Assembly: GCA_964016885.1 (NCBI GenBank)
Contig: OZ024740.1
Coordinates: 253,642,001 to 253,706,000 of the forward strand
Direction of reading: 5' to 3'
DNA from: Eledone cirrhosa
Lineage: Eukaryota
Length of the DNA stretch: 64,000 nucleotides
The notes under the pieces were generated by a model. That model searched no databases, was not told the origin of the DNA, and saw only the letters and a program-made list of their open reading frames with translations. Shown one piece after another: positions 61,114 through 64,000 of the stretch (positions are counted from its first letter, which is position 1; each line of letters begins with the position of its first letter). The position numbers were made by a program, and so were the translations under genes.

Positions 61114-63547
61114 ATATATATACAAAAATTGAGATATATATATACAAAAATTAAGATATATATATACAAAAATTGAGATATATATATACAAAAAGGAGAA
61201 AGGCTTCTTTACATTAGAACACATCAGAAAGATCTCTGTGCATCAGATTACATTCACCTGAGAGATGCAATCAGTAATGAAGGAGCATTGGCTGCTGATA
61301 ACATTGGACAGCTTTGTGTTATTCTTCCATCAAGCTTTACAGGAAGTCCACAGTATATGCATGAGCGTAACTAAGGTACACTTACATATGGCAAACACTA
61401 TGGTCGTCCAGACTTCTTCATTACATTCACATGTAACCCAACATGGCATGAAATAAAGAGTGAGCTTTATCATCAAGAACCCAAAGATCGCCATGGCTAA
61501 GGAGTTCAGACTTAAAGTCATAAAGCTGATGGATCTCCTAAAAAAGAGGGAAGTCTTTAGACCAGTCAAATGTGACATGTACACAGTTGAATGGCAAAAA
61601 CGAAGATTTCTACATACCCACATTTTGATTTGGTTACATGAAAAACTTCGGCCAAATGATATTGATTTATTTATCTCAGATGAACTGCTTGATCCACAGC
61701 AAGATCCTTTGCTGCATCAAATTGTCAAGTCCCAGATGATTCATGGGCCCTGTGGTTCAATTAATCCATCCTCCTCATACACGAGGGATAATAAGTGTAC
61801 CCACATCCCTCTGTACAAGAAACCCAAACTGGAGAAGGTGGCTACCCACTTTTACAGAAAAAAACCTGGGCATGGTGGATTCACTTCGGAAAAAAAAATG
61901 AGAAATGGGCAAGAATTCATCATTGACAAATCAGTGGGTTGTACCCTACTGTTCTTTTACAAAAACTTTCAAAGCCCACATCAATGTTGAATTCTGCAAC
62001 TCTGTTAAATCTATTAAGTATGTTTGCAAATATATAAACAAAGGTTTAGATGCTGCAACATACACTCTTATGCAGAATGGCAGTCAGCAGATAAATAAAA
62101 ATGCCCAAGTTACACAGTATGAGAGAGAAAGATACATCAGTAGCAATGAGCCTTTTGCCGCATCTTTAATTTTCTCATTCTCACCCAGCCATCATTCATC
62201 TGAGTGTCCATCTAGACAATGGCCAAATGGTTATCTTTACAAAACAAACAGCCTTGCAACAAGCACTTTCTTCAAAAGAAACTACCCTTACTGCTTTTTT
62301 AAGTTGTGTCAAGAAGATGAAGATGCAAGAAAACTCCTTTACCTAGAATTACAAGTATTACACCTGGAGAAACAATAAATGGCACAAGAGGAAATGTGGG
62401 GCTGATGCTCTTACAAGAGTTTACAGTGTAATGTTACTACTTACGGCTTCTTTTGCATGAAGTATGTGGTCCCAAATCATTCCAAATGCTATCAACAAGG
62501 TTTTTTAGGAAATGATGAACAGAAATTCTCCTTCAATACTAACATGCAAGCTTTATTACATGGAGACCAATGTACAGAACAGTTTTCAACCCGATTCCTC
62601 CAATTAGGAAATGGGAAAGTACCAATTGATGGGAATGGTGATATCAATTTGGCTCATATTACTATCATGGTGAATTCCCCAGCTGAATTGAAGAACAGGG
62701 TATTTCCATACTTAAGTAATAATTATAATTCACATAAATGGTTGTGTGAAAGGGCAATTCTTGCTAAAAAAAAAAAAGAGACAGTAGCAAGGATTAACCA
62801 TGAATTAATGAATAAAATTCCAACAGTAATTAAGGAGTACAAATCGGTTGATTCAGTCCTTGATGAAAATTAAGCTGTCCACTATCCAAGAGAGTTCCTT
62901 AATTCTCTTGAGCCACCTGGAACTCCTCCACGTTTTCTAAAGGTAGGAGTCCTAATAATGCTTCTAAGAAATTTAGATCCTCCTAAATTATGCGATGAGA
63001 CAAGCTTGATTATGAAGACATTATCACCTAATGTGACAGAAGCTACCATCATCACTGGATGTGCCTTTGGGGAAGATGCTTTCATTCCAAGAATTCCAAT
63101 TAAACCAACAAACATACCATTTGAGTTCAAACGAACACAACTCCCAGTGCAACTTTGCTTTGCAGTGTCTATTAATAAAGCTCAAAGTCAGACTCAAATC
63201 TACTGGCTCGCACTTAATTGAGCCTTGCTTTTCTCATGGTCAACTTTATGTTGGTTGCTCCAGAGTGGGTACAATACTTATTTGTCTATGCTCCAAACCA
63301 GAAAACAAAGAATGTTGTTTACCCAGAAGCTCTTATGTAATTTCCTTCAACATATATGATAGAATTTCTCCCTTCATAACAGTGGTAAATTTTGTATTTT
63401 CGTTTTTTTTTTTATTATGAATTCAGAATTGATTTCATCATGTATCCCAATTGAAGAATAAATGGAATTTAGAATAACAAATTTCTATACAACATATTTT
63501 GCTTTTTTCTTCTAATATATAGGGAACAATTTCATTCCCTCTGCTAG
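59823..63547 (+). mobile_element. Decayed Helitron (Rep/PIF1 helicase pseudogene, internally deleted) with candidate 3' hairpin and CTAG end
   Basis: RNYNSAFQMTSFG, VEWQKR..HTHILIW (HUH), [69 protein letters not shown]; hairpin 63521-63540 then CTAG at 63544-63547 followed by T. Confidence 0.9.
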
Positions 63548-63559
63548 TAGTATATATAT

Positions 63560-63901
63560 AGAGAGTAATGTAAATGTTATGCAAGATATTATGTGAGGTA
63601 AAGCCTTTACTGTGAAAATACAATAGTTTATATAGAGTAATGTAAATGCAGTGAGATATTATGTGAGATAAAGCCTTTACTGTCAAAATACAATAGTATA
63701 TATAAAGTAATGTAAATGTTATGTGAGATATGTGAGGTAAAGCCTTTACTGTGAAAATACAATATAGAGTAATGTAAATGCTAGGTGAGATATTATGTGA
63801 GGTAAAGCCTTTACTGTGAAAGTACAATAGCATATATAGAGTAATATAAATGTAGATGTGAGACATTATGTGAGGTAAAGTCTTTACTGTGAAAATACAA
63901 T
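63560..63901. repeat. Minisatellite, ~5 copies of a ~60-72 bp unit
   Basis: Repeated AGAGTAATGTAAATG...ATTATGTGAGGTAAAGCCTTTACTGTGAAAATACAAT. Confidence 0.88.
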
Positions 63902-64000
63902 CCCTATCTAAACTATAATAAAGTAAGAAGCGCGGGACTCCATACGGTTTATAATTTCATATCCCATTAGTAAAATAAGTTGGATTACTTTGAATAAATA

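Noticed and set aside
63560-63901. CRISPR-like array
   Set aside because: No unique spacers, eukaryotic context, no cas genes; it is a minisatellite

Overview
Eukaryotic (metazoan, most likely octopod cephalopod - inference from the very long degenerate (TA)n arrays and a tRNA/CORE-type SINE) gene-free window that is one large transposon nest built in (TA)n microsatellite. It holds (i) about 9 copies or fragments of RTE-clade LINEs with (GAT)n tails, including two near full-length decayed copies; (ii) many Penelope-like element (PLE) remnants (RT + C-terminal GIY-YIG), several as near-perfect fold-back palindromes; (iii) a CR1-group LINE; (iv) a tRNA-derived SINE; (v) a decayed Helitron; and (vi) an ~8 kb TA array with a ~3.65 kb higher-order duplication. 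Reading both strands by eye, I found 21 type-I hammerhead-ribozyme (HHR) motifs from 11 distinct sequence families, some with non-canonical cores. Two of them lie in small non-coding units (453 and 550 nt) with a partial tandem duplication, an inverted 5' arm and shared promoter-like motifs, i.e. candidate retrozyme-like parasites of the PLE machinery. All IY/YI-rich ORFs are microsatellite artefacts. No host protein-coding gene is supported. Ribozyme calls are visual pattern matches and are untested.
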